Source of the DNA: Alphaproteobacteria bacterium
GTDB taxonomy: Bacteria; Pseudomonadota; Alphaproteobacteria; JBFXJJ01
Reading direction: 5' to 3'
Assembly (NCBI GenBank): GCA_050175015.1
Contig: JBFXJJ010000010.1
Coordinates: 25,577 to 89,576, forward strand
DNA: 64,000 nucleotides
The notes under the pieces were generated by a model that was given only the letters and a program-made list of their open reading frames with translations, made no database searches and had not been told where the DNA came from. Made by a program: the position numbers and the translations under genes. Positions within the stretch are counted from its first letter, which is position 1. The number at the start of each line of letters is the position of its first letter. Shown here piece by piece: positions 20,262-29,212 of the stretch.

Positions 20262-21275
20262 TTAAATTAAAATTATGCGGTTTAATATATCCGGCATTTC
20301 TAATTCCCATTTAATATCTATAATTGATAATTGATTTTTATCAAGTTTTTGAAAGTTAGATGGGGATAAAATGCGTGGAATATAACTATTTTCATTTTTT
20401 TGTAAAACACCTGTTCCTGTCCAAAATTTTGTAACCGAAGTTTTACTTGAGCCGATAGCCAAAGCTTCAGGAATAGAGCTGCAAAAGACTAAAATGCTGT
20501 CTTCTCCCAAAACAAAGTCTTGCCTTTTCTGGCAATCCTCAAAAGCATCGTGATATATGGCTCCATTATTCAAACATTCCAAGTAGTTAGCAGAAGATAT
20601 TTTTGATAAATCTTTAAGAGCAAGATTGCCATTTTTACAGAAGTTAAGCTCGGCTCTTTTTAACATTTTTTCTTTTTTTTCATCACTCCAGCTTAAAAAC
20701 TTTTTTTTATTATTTGCAAAAGTTATCGCAAGCTCGTCTTCAAGTTCGTTTTGCGATGAATATAAAGTTGCTAATCGTGTTAACTCTATTTTCAGATTAT
20801 GCGGTAAATATGGATTTAAGATTTTTAAAAGAAGATTAAAAGATGAACAGTATTGATTCATTGCATCTGGTTTGATGTTATTCATACGAGAAACCACGAC
20901 ATCATCAGATGCAAAATAAAAGCATACGCCATAAGGGGCAAAATGAGCAATAGGTGCCAAAAAGTTAATGTAATGGCACAGCATAAATAATTCAGCAAAA
21001 TCAACACTTGGAGCAGATGGCAGCCGCCATAATTTGTAGCCTCCAAATTCAAGCACAAATTTCAAAGGGGTTTTGTTTTCTAAGCTGTAATTTATTGCGG
21101 TTTTAATTCTGGTTACAGCACTTTCATCTAATGCCCATTTGCGAAAATCTTTTCTAGTTACAAGCTTGTAAAGTCTGGTTCTAATATCGCTAAAATTGGA
21201 GTATTTTTCTATTGTTTGCAAAGAAATGGAGGCGCAATTTTGAATGTGATTGTTAAGAAAAGTAGAAACCGTCAT
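20262..21275 (-). CDS. Hypothetical protein, remote PvcA/DIT1 (isonitrile synthase)-like
   Basis: PLKFVL.F..YK...PSVDFAE..ML.....LAPI....PYG..F.FASD follows the PvcA N-terminal motif order; recognised by eye only. Confidence 0.4.
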   Translation of the reverse strand: MTVSTFLNNHIQNCASISLQTIEKYSNFSDIRTRLYKLVTRKDFRKWALDESAVTRIKTAINYSLENKTPLKFVLEFGGYKLWRLPSAPSVDFAELFMLCHYINFLAPIAHFAPYGVCFYFASDDVVVSRMNNIKPDAMNQYCSSFNLLLKILNPYLPHNLKIELTRLATLYSSQNELEDELAITFANNKKKFLSWSDEKKEKMLKRAELNFCKNGNLALKDLSKISSANYLECLNNGAIYHDAFEDCQKRQDFVLGEDSILVFCSSIPEALAIGSSKTSVTKFWTGTGVLQKNENSYIPRILSPSNFQKLDKNQLSIIDIKWELEMPDILNRIILI

Positions 21276-22198
21276 AATTTAAGCTCGCTAAAAACATTTT
21301 CAATGGTGTTGAAAATAGAAGTCTCATCGAGACCAAACGTTTGGTAGAGTTGTTCGGTCTCGCCTGAAGTTCCAAAGCAATCAGGCATTCCAATTCGAAA
21401 GACTTTTGTATGGCTTTTTTCTGATAATATCTCGGCTATTGAGCTTCCAAAACCACAATTAATTTGATGTTCTTCTACGGTTATGACGGCTGAAAATTTT
21501 GGGGCAAGCAATTCTAGTTTTTTGGTATCTAATGGTTTTAGATGACTAGCACCAAAAACGGCTATGTTTTTTCCTGTCTTATTTTGATACTCGGCAGCAG
21601 CATTTAACGCTTTTTCACATATAGCTCCCGTTGCGATTAGAGCGATGTCTTTACCATCTTTTATCGAAACAAAAGGCTCATCATAACGTTTTCCTAATTT
21701 AACGGCGGCATAACGTGATAAGCGCAGATAAACAGGACCTTTATGGTTGGCGGCTTCTTTCGTGCATAGCTTACAGTCATAATCATCAAAAGGAGATAGA
21801 ATTTTTAAATTTGGCAAACAGCGCATTAAAGCTAAATCTTCAAAGCATTGATGCGTTGCTCCATCTTTAGCTGGGGCAAAACCAATATGCGCACCGATAA
21901 TTTTAACATTGGCATTTTGCAAGCATATTGAATTGCGAATCTGTTCCCAATTTCTGCCAGGACTAAAACAGGCATAACTTGAAACAAAAGGAATTTTCCC
22001 CTCAAGAGCCATACCTGCGGCAACTCCTATCATATTTTGTTCACTGATGCCCATTTCAAAATAGCGGTTAGGAAAATGTTCGGCAAAAATGCCGACCCCA
22101 GTAGAGTTTTTAACATCTCCCGATAGGCAGACAATATTAGGGTCTTTTTCACCCAATTCTTTTAGGGTTTGACCAAGGACTAAATGAAGATTACTCAT
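21272..22198 (-). CDS. Transketolase, C-terminal (pyrimidine-binding) subunit
   Basis: GISEQNM, DGATHQ, GPVYLRL, TVEEH. Confidence 0.9.
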   Translation of the reverse strand: MSNLHLVLGQTLKELGEKDPNIVCLSGDVKNSTGVGIFAEHFPNRYFEMGISEQNMIGVAAGMALEGKIPFVSSYACFSPGRNWEQIRNSICLQNANVKIIGAHIGFAPAKDGATHQCFEDLALMRCLPNLKILSPFDDYDCKLCTKEAANHKGPVYLRLSRYAAVKLGKRYDEPFVSIKDGKDIALIATGAICEKALNAAAEYQNKTGKNIAVFGASHLKPLDTKKLELLAPKFSAVITVEEHQINCGFGSSIAEILSEKSHTKVFRIGMPDCFGTSGETEQLYQTFGLDETSIFNTIENVFSELKL

Positions 22199-23118
22199 AC
22201 CGCATTAAGACCTTGTTCTAATTCATATAGTGCTTGCTGCGCATCTTTTCCTGCTGGTAAGTCTCCGTGCCATTTGGGATTGTTTTCCATAAAACTTACG
22301 CCTTTTCCAGGGGTGGTTCTAAGACATACCGCAACGGGGCGATAGGATTTTTTAGCATAAAGGCAGGTATTTATAATTTCTTCAACGTTATGACCATTGC
22401 AGCCTATGACATTAAAACCAAACGAGGCATATTTATCTTTTATATTCCCTAAAGGCATAATTTCATCGGTTGTTCCTGTGTTCTGAATACCGTTGCAGTC
22501 GATAAAGATGGTTAAGTTTGACAGCTTATATTTATTAACACAAAGAAGAGCTTCCCAAATTTGTCCTTCTTGCTGTTCACCATCAGAGGTCAGAAGAAAA
22601 ATATGTTCAGAGCTATTTTTTAAGCTTAAAGCGGAACCTACAGCCAATGATATTCCTTGTCCCAATGAACCTGAAGCATTTTCAATTCCAAAATCAGGCA
22701 GAAAAGAGGGGTGTCCAGTCAACGGACTGCCAAGTTTGGTATAGCTTTCGAGGCAGCTTTCATCGAAATAACCAGCTTTAGCAAGAGTAGCATATATTAC
22801 AGCCGAAATATGACCGCAGGAAACAAACAAACGATCTCTCTTTCTCCACATAGGATTGGCAGGATTATGCCGTAGTCCACCGCCAAAATAAACTGCGGCA
22901 AAAAAATCTGCCAATCCTAAAGATGATGCTGGGTGTCCATAATTAGCACCGAGCATAGTCCGCATAGTTAGAAGCCTAATTTCTGCGGCTTTTTTTATGG
23001 CACTTAGAACCTGAGGAGATTGGCTTTTATCTGGAGAAAAGGCCTTTGCCATAAAAGGAGACCAGTTAAGGTTTTTGAAAGTATGTTCGAAATTATAAGC
23101 TAGAGTTATATCATTCAT
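22195..23118 (-). CDS. Transketolase, N-terminal (TPP-binding) subunit
   Basis: GHPASSL, RDR..SCGH, GSLGQG, SDGEQQEG..N, GKGVSFME...WHG; ATG 23118 overlaps the upstream TGA. Confidence 0.9.
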   Translation of the reverse strand: MNDITLAYNFEHTFKNLNWSPFMAKAFSPDKSQSPQVLSAIKKAAEIRLLTMRTMLGANYGHPASSLGLADFFAAVYFGGGLRHNPANPMWRKRDRLFVSCGHISAVIYATLAKAGYFDESCLESYTKLGSPLTGHPSFLPDFGIENASGSLGQGISLAVGSALSLKNSSEHIFLLTSDGEQQEGQIWEALLCVNKYKLSNLTIFIDCNGIQNTGTTDEIMPLGNIKDKYASFGFNVIGCNGHNVEEIINTCLYAKKSYRPVAVCLRTTPGKGVSFMENNPKWHGDLPAGKDAQQALYELEQGLNAV

Positions 23119-23903
23119 CGTTTGCAACTCCGATTGAATTTCATAAGCGTTATAACGTTGTTATTATTATCATTAATCGCAGCGGATATTTGCTTAGCTG
23201 CAATATTCCAAAAAGCTTTGTCCTGATTACCGTGTTTGTGATTGGCAATACTTATTAAACGTGTTTTGCAGCCAAGCTTTTTTAAGATTTTTTGAGAGTT
23301 TTTAGCGGCATTAAAATTGATAACATCGTCGTTGTTTCCATGTATGAAAACGATTTCGGGGTTTGAATTTATTCTTTGTTCTAATGTTTTTTCAAAAGGA
23401 GGAATTACTGCTCCCGCAACGGATATGGCTTTTCTAACTTTAAAATTGCGGGATAGAGCAAGATCTATCGCAGTCATTCCTCCTTGAGAATAGCCTAAAA
23501 TAATGGTGTTGGTATCTGTTATATTCCATTCTTTTTGGCACTTATCTAAAATAAGGTTTAAATCATAAGATATTCCAAATAAACCTTTTGTTTTTTCATC
23601 GCCTAGAGCCATTTTCATATAAGCTCTCCGCTCTTTTTGATCTAGGTCTGATGGTTTTTTAGCAAATAGTTCTTTAGTATAATTATTTTCAATGTCAAAC
23701 CATTGATAGCTGTTTTCGCCTTCTTCTGATGGCATAACAGCTTCGGGGGCTATTGCCACAAAATTCTTTGGTATATCGAGCATTGGAGCAAGTTTCAATA
23801 TGTCTTCGGCGTTACCGCCGCAGCCATGGAGCATAAAAAGCATTAAACTAGGCTTTTCATCTTTGTTGCTTAAATAGAATTTGACATTGGTTATATTAGT
23901 CAT
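23115..23903 (-). CDS. Phospholipase/carboxylesterase (alpha/beta hydrolase)
   Basis: LHGCG, GYSQGG nucleophile, HGNNDDVI, C-terminal His. Confidence 0.85.
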   Translation of the reverse strand: MTNITNVKFYLSNKDEKPSLMLFMLHGCGGNAEDILKLAPMLDIPKNFVAIAPEAVMPSEEGENSYQWFDIENNYTKELFAKKPSDLDQKERRAYMKMALGDEKTKGLFGISYDLNLILDKCQKEWNITDTNTIILGYSQGGMTAIDLALSRNFKVRKAISVAGAVIPPFEKTLEQRINSNPEIVFIHGNNDDVINFNAAKNSQKILKKLGCKTRLISIANHKHGNQDKAFWNIAAKQISAAINDNNNNVITLMKFNRSCKR

Positions 23904-24043
23904 TTTTTTTCTTCTGTTTCGCTGTCTTTCTTTTCTTTTAAACGAGTCATAGCATTAGCAGCTTTTGCGCAAGGCTGTTCATCTTTCGTTGTGCTATTGA
24001 TTTCTTCTGTTAAATCTGTGAATTTAAGATTTTTTAAAGTCAT
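23900..24043 (-). CDS. 47-aa small protein not in the ORF track (MTLKNLKFTDLTEEINSTTKDEQPCAKAANAMTRLKEKKDSETEEKK)
   Basis: Translated by hand; fills the intergenic gap exactly, with ATGA overlaps at both ends. Confidence 0.75.
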   Translation of the reverse strand: MTLKNLKFTDLTEEINSTTKDEQPCAKAANAMTRLKEKKDSETEEKK

Positions 24044-24711
24044 TTTTTCACCATACGAAAGATGATTTTGTTAGCATAATAATCAATAAAATCAGTTACT
24101 TTAGGAAAATAATTTTCCCTATCTTGCCAGCATTTTACAAAACCTTGAGGAAGACATCTGGCAATGGACACTTCAAAACCTTCTTCCCAAAAAGCTTTAG
24201 CAAAATCGTTTATGGAATAATCAGGCACGGGAACATTGGAATACTCATCGACAATAGGCTTCCAGCGGTTCCATAGCGGCATTTCGTGATAACAGCCTGT
24301 CGTTGCATAATAGACGCCGTTTTTGTTTAGAACATTGGCAATTATTTTAGCGTGTTCAGTTAAATCTGGCAGGAGATAAATAACATCGTGGCTAAACGCA
24401 ATGTCAATCTCACCTTTAATATTATTAAGGAAACTAACGGTATCATAATGAACAGGTAAATTACCCTTAAGAGATTTAGCAACCTCTAAAGATTGGAGAG
24501 CTATATCTACGCCGATAGCTTTCTTAAAAGGACTAAGATAATAAAGCGTCCTTAAAAAACCGCCTTGGTTACAACCAAAATCGAGAACAGCCGAGTTGGC
24601 AAGATCTTTTTCCTGCATTTGGGTAATTATTGAACGCCAGAATGGTGCGTGGTGGTCGTTCATTACATTTTCTTCATCTTGAAGATTTGCCCAAGTATCA
24701 ATATTGTCCAT
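24040..24711 (-). CDS. Class I SAM-dependent methyltransferase
   Basis: VLDFGCNQG, GVDIA, DIAFSHDVIY; AAGGA RBS upstream. Confidence 0.85.
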   Translation of the reverse strand: MDNIDTWANLQDEENVMNDHHAPFWRSIITQMQEKDLANSAVLDFGCNQGGFLRTLYYLSPFKKAIGVDIALQSLEVAKSLKGNLPVHYDTVSFLNNIKGEIDIAFSHDVIYLLPDLTEHAKIIANVLNKNGVYYATTGCYHEMPLWNRWKPIVDEYSNVPVPDYSINDFAKAFWEEGFEVSIARCLPQGFVKCWQDRENYFPKVTDFIDYYANKIIFRMVKK

Positions 24712-24796
24712 TTCTTTTTGCTTTTTCCTTATTCTTTTGTTTTTTGTTGTTAAAAGTTTTATTTATAAAACTTTTTGTTTAAATAAAAAGTGATAC

Positions 24797-25105
24797 TTAA
24801 ATATGTTCCTCATTTATGGGTAGTTTTGACAAGTGTTGAACAGGAGCATCATATTCTCTGACAAGTTCTTCTTTATCGAATTCAACGATTAAAACCTGCT
24901 TCAAATTTTTGATAGTTGTTTGGGCAAGAGTGGGTAGAAAATCAAGAAGAAGGCTTTCTTCTTCACTGCGGTATAAAACGGCGTGTTTTCCTCCAGCATA
25001 AAGCATTCGAGGCGAAGAGGGCGCCTTGTTTCTTGATTTTATACTAAAAAGCAACTCTCCTTCTGGATTTTGTAAAACTTCATAATTTTTTTCTTGAATA
25101 AGCAT
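24797..25105 (-). CDS. Hypothetical protein (102 aa)
   Basis: ATG 25105 lies just after the upstream gene's stop; plausible globular sequence. Confidence 0.6.
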   Translation of the reverse strand: MLIQEKNYEVLQNPEGELLFSIKSRNKAPSSPRMLYAGGKHAVLYRSEEESLLLDFLPTLAQTTIKNLKQVLIVEFDKEELVREYDAPVQHLSKLPINEEHI

Positions 25106-25109
25106 TTTT

Positions 25110-25520
25110 TTAATCCCAATGTTTTCCCTTAGATGCCGCAATATATTTAAAAGTTGCTTTTTCAACAGCGCTTTGATTTTTTTCAACCGTTTCAAGCCCC
25201 AGAATTGGATCCTGTAAGCCCCCAGAAATTCCCGCAGCTTTTAAAAATTTATCAAAGGCTGCTGCCGTACTTTCGCCAAAAACTTTAGCTCCTTTAGGAT
25301 TGGCTTCAATCATAGCTTCGGCTTTGCCATTGATTATTTTTGCTGCATTTTCGGCGCCGCCATTCATTAATACATACTGTCCTCTAGCTTCTTTGTTCAA
25401 AAGACTACGGAAAAAGCCCGCACAGCCAGGGCATCTGTCAGCACAGCCGTGCGCCTTAGCCTTTTCTAAATTTTTCATAGAAGCTTTTTCGTTTCCGTGT
25501 TCATGATGTTGATGTTGCAT
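25110..25520 (-). CDS. Hypothetical His-rich, CxxxCxxC-containing protein
   Basis: AGGAG RBS; MQHQHHEHG N-terminus; CADRCPGC. Confidence 0.7.
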   Translation of the reverse strand: MQHQHHEHGNEKASMKNLEKAKAHGCADRCPGCAGFFRSLLNKEARGQYVLMNGGAENAAKIINGKAEAMIEANPKGAKVFGESTAAAFDKFLKAAGISGGLQDPILGLETVEKNQSAVEKATFKYIAASKGKHWD

Positions 25521-25573
25521 CGTAAGTTTCTCCTAGTTTCTTATGTGATAGAAATGTTTTTTGTAAATAATTT

Positions 25574-26020
25574 TTAAGAAAGTTTAGATTTTAGCTGTTT
25601 AACCCAATCTTGAATTTCATTTTCAAAATCTTCGGGATCGCCATCTATTTTTAAACCTGATACGATGACGTTTCCTCCAAGATCTTTAGTCTTTTCTTCA
25701 ATAGCATCAACAGCACCGCAAAAATATTCAAAAGAAGAATCTCCGCAGCCAAAGGCTGCAACTTTTTTGCCGTTGATACCGATTAGGTTAAAGTCCTCAA
25801 AAAAATCACTGAAATCTTGTTGAAATTCAATATCATCTGCTCCCCAAGTTGAAGAGCCAAACAATAAAACGTCATAATTTTCAGCTAAATTTCGAGGTTT
25901 GGTTTCAGAAACATTTTGCAACACAACATCATAATCTTTCGCCAAAAGGGCTTCAATTTTTTGCGAAACAGTTTCGGTATTTCCTGTTGTTGAGCCATAA
26001 ACAATTAAAATTTTAGTCAT
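25574..26020 (-). CDS. Short-chain flavodoxin
   Basis: YGSTTGNTE FMN loop, SSTWG, FGCGDSSFEYFCGAVDAIEEK; start moved to ATG 26020. Confidence 0.92.
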   Translation of the reverse strand: MTKILIVYGSTTGNTETVSQKIEALLAKDYDVVLQNVSETKPRNLAENYDVLLFGSSTWGADDIEFQQDFSDFFEDFNLIGINGKKVAAFGCGDSSFEYFCGAVDAIEEKTKDLGGNVIVSGLKIDGDPEDFENEIQDWVKQLKSKLS

Positions 26021-26506
26021 AATACGTAGAATTAACTCCCGTAAGTTTATTTTAAAATTAACAATGTTTTTGGCGGTATTCAAAAAGTTTGATATATAAA
26101 ACTTTTTATAAAAACATAATTATTTATATCTTCCATTCTTGTCAACATATTTTATTAAATTTTTTTAAATTAAGGTTAGACTTATTTTAATTAGTTATAT
26201 ATTGCATTGTTTATAATGAATTTTATTTTTAACGAGGTGTTTTTAAAAAACATTCTTTAGGGTTACATTTTTGCAAGTAAGTAATAATTCTAGTTCGAAA
26301 TAAAGGCTTTAGAGTAATGTAGATTTTAATTTATAGTTTTTTTAATGCTTCCAATCTTGCGAGTCCTTATAAAGTGGCAGGCAATATGCCAATTATGGTT
26401 TATATTTTTGCCTTTTGTAAAGAAAATCAAAATTTGGGAGATAGCCATCGTAGATACTGTTAAGTGCAAAGAGCTCTAATTGCGATACGCTCAAAAATTT
26501 AATATC

Positions 26507-26549
26507 AAAAAATAATCCGCTTTCTGACATATCTAGAATGCGGATTATT
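26507..26549 (-). terminator. Probable intrinsic terminator downstream of nfnB
   Basis: AATAATCCGC...GCGGATTATT stem with a T-run on the minus strand. Confidence 0.5.
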
Positions 26550-26699
26550 TAATAAAGTTGATTATATTATAACAAACAACAAAAACAGTTGCGAAAGCTA
26601 TAAATTCATCTTTTTAAAGAGGTTTTAAAATGATGTTTTTCTTAACTTTTTTCCCTATATTCGTTTTAAATTAGCTATAAGGCAAATTTAAAAAATATT

Positions 26700-28091
26700 C
26701 TATTTTGATAAAGATGTGTGAATATCTTTGGCCGCTTTTCTTCCTGCTCCCATTGCCAAAATAACCGTTGCGGCTCCCGTTACAATGTCGCCCCCAGCCC
26801 AGACATTAGCTCTGGAGGTTTTGCCATTATCATCGGTTACGATATAACCCCATTTGTTAAGCTCTAGTCCTGAGCCTGACTTTGTTAAAATAGGATTAGC
26901 ATCTGATCCGATTGATATAACGACAGCATCACAGGGGATTTCGAAAAAATCATTCGTAACAGGAACAGGCCTGCGGCGGCCTTTTTCATCTGGTTCTCCA
27001 AGTTCCATACGTTGACATTTTAGTTTAGCAACACAGCCGTTATCATCACCAATAAATTCTACAGGGTTAGATAAAAGCTTAAAAATGATTCCTTCTTCTT
27101 CGGCGTGATGCACTTCTTCTGCTCTGGCAGGAAGTTCGTCTCTTCCTCTGCGGTAAACAATATAAACCTTATCGGCTCCAAGCCTTAGAGCCGTTCTTGC
27201 GGCGTCCATAGCAACATTGCCGCCGCCTAATACGCAGACCTCTTTTCCGATAGCAACAGGGGTGTCATAATTAGGAAAATCATAGGCTTTCATTAAGTTT
27301 GAGCGGGTTAAGTATTCGTTTGCTGAAAAGATATTGCCTAAATTTTCACCAGCTATTCCCAGAAATTTAGGAAGACCAGCCCCAACGGCAACGAATGCAG
27401 CATCAAAGCCTTCTTCTTCCATAATATCATCAAGCAGAAGCGAACGCCCAATGACGGAATTAAGTTCAAATTTAACGCCCATTTTTTTCAAGCCGTCAAT
27501 TTCTTTGCGAACGATTTCTTTAGGCAGACGAAATTCAGGAATACCATACATTAGAACGCCGCCTGGTTCGTGAAAGGCTTCAAAAACCGTAACATCATAA
27601 CCTAATCTTGCAAGGTCTCCTGCGCACGCTAATCCCGAAGGGCCAGAACCAACGATTGCAACTTTTTTGCCGTTAGGTTCGATGCTAATAGCGTTTTTGT
27701 CAGACGCATTTTCTCGTTCATAGTCGGCAACAAAGCGTTCTAAGGAGCCAATAGCAACGGCTTCTCCCTTTTTGGCAAGAACACAGCGCTGTTCGCATTG
27801 GGTTTCCTGCGGGCACACTCTTCCACAAACCGCAGGAAGCATATTCGCGGTTTTAATGGTTTGAGCGGCTTCTAAAGGCTTTCCTTCTGTTATTGCTTTG
27901 ATAAATTGCGGGATAGGAACGGAAACGGGGCATCCTTCAACACATTGAGGTTTTTTACATTGCAGGCATCGGCTGGCTTCAAGAGCGGCTTCTTCTTTCG
28001 AAAAACCCAAAGCAACTTCTTTAAAGTTATGACCTCTTTCTATTGGATCCTGATTTCTCATAGGAGTGCGGTTTATTTTGTTGTTTGCCAT
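26700..28091 (-). CDS. nfnB: NfnB/SudA (GltD-like) large subunit of NADH-dependent ferredoxin:NADP+ oxidoreductase
   Basis: RCLQC...CVEGCP, CGRVCPQETQCE, GSGPSG, GGGNVAMD, GGDIVTGAATVILAMG; paired with NfnA. Confidence 0.88.
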   Translation of the reverse strand: MANNKINRTPMRNQDPIERGHNFKEVALGFSKEEAALEASRCLQCKKPQCVEGCPVSVPIPQFIKAITEGKPLEAAQTIKTANMLPAVCGRVCPQETQCEQRCVLAKKGEAVAIGSLERFVADYERENASDKNAISIEPNGKKVAIVGSGPSGLACAGDLARLGYDVTVFEAFHEPGGVLMYGIPEFRLPKEIVRKEIDGLKKMGVKFELNSVIGRSLLLDDIMEEEGFDAAFVAVGAGLPKFLGIAGENLGNIFSANEYLTRSNLMKAYDFPNYDTPVAIGKEVCVLGGGNVAMDAARTALRLGADKVYIVYRRGRDELPARAEEVHHAEEEGIIFKLLSNPVEFIGDDNGCVAKLKCQRMELGEPDEKGRRRPVPVTNDFFEIPCDAVVISIGSDANPILTKSGSGLELNKWGYIVTDDNGKTSRANVWAGGDIVTGAATVILAMGAGRKAAKDIHTSLSK

Positions 28092-28110
28092 TTTTTATAC
28101 CCCTTCAAAA

Positions 28111-28956
28111 TTAATCTTTGTTTTCTCGATAACGTTCAAGTGAGCAATGTTCGTGCTTTTTATATAAGCGCTGTCTTGCCGAGAATAAATTCCAGTCAAC
28201 ACCATGCCCGTCAAATTCAGGTCCGTCAACGCAGGTAAATTTGGTTTCTCCGTGGACTAAAACTCTGCAGCCTCCGCACATTCCTGTGCCATCAATCATA
28301 ATGGTATTAAGGCTTACAATGGTTTTTAGCTCATAAGGTCTTGTTGCTTCTGATACGACTTTCATCATAATTTCTGGACCAATGGCATAGCAAATGCCAG
28401 CTTTTTGAGATGAATTAGCTTTGCCTTGTTCTAAAATTTCTAAAAGAGGTTCGGTAACACGCCCTTTGCGGCCAAAGGTTCCATCGTCTGTGCAGACAAT
28501 ATGTTCATTGGCAATTTGTGCGAGTTTATCGTCCCAGAACAATAAATCTTTGGTTCTTGCTCCTTGAATTATGGTGATTTTATTTCCAGCTTCTCTCAAA
28601 GCTCTTGCTATGGGAAATATTGGGGCAGATCCAACACCGCCAGCAACCATTACGGCATGACCAAAGTTTTCAATTTCTGATGCGGTGCCTAATGGACCTA
28701 AAACAGCATAAAAGCTTTCGCCAACTTCTTTGGCTGCAATTTTCATTGTGGATACGCCAACTGCCATCATAACCATAGTTAAGGTGTTCTTTTCACGGTT
28801 GAAATCGGCTATAGTTAGAGGAATTCTTTCGCTTTTTTCATCAGCCATAACTAGAACAAATTGTCCTGGCTGACCTCTTTTAACGACTTTAGGAGCATCA
28901 ACGGTAATCTCGTAAATATCCTTTGCGAGTAGTTTTTTTTCAAGGATTTTCGCCAT
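28111..28956 (-). CDS. nfnA: NfnA/SudB small subunit (FNR-like flavoprotein, 2Fe-2S)
   Basis: ERIPLTIAD, GPLG, AGGVG, DGTGMCGGCR, CVDGPEF. Confidence 0.88.
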   Translation of the reverse strand: MAKILEKKLLAKDIYEITVDAPKVVKRGQPGQFVLVMADEKSERIPLTIADFNREKNTLTMVMMAVGVSTMKIAAKEVGESFYAVLGPLGTASEIENFGHAVMVAGGVGSAPIFPIARALREAGNKITIIQGARTKDLLFWDDKLAQIANEHIVCTDDGTFGRKGRVTEPLLEILEQGKANSSQKAGICYAIGPEIMMKVVSEATRPYELKTIVSLNTIMIDGTGMCGGCRVLVHGETKFTCVDGPEFDGHGVDWNLFSARQRLYKKHEHCSLERYRENKD

Positions 28957-29212
28957 AATTATTTCCTTATTTTTTTAGTTTTTAATTTATGATTTTAAGA
29001 TTAGAGGTGTTTGAAAGATGCTTTCAAATTTTGAAGTAATCATAAAATAAAATTTAACATTTTAAAAGAGTGTAATGTTTTTAAATGCACTAAAAAGAGC
29101 AAATGGATAAAAATGAGCGTATTTCTAAAAAGATAGATGCTGCAAACTAAGATATGTATCCTTTTTAGATAATCATTTTAGTTGTTATAAAAAGATATTT
29201 TTTTAAAAGATA

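Noticed and set aside
26700-28091. Glutamate synthase small subunit (gltD)
   Set aside because: No gltB is adjacent, and pairing with the FNR-like 281-aa gene indicates NfnAB/SudAB.
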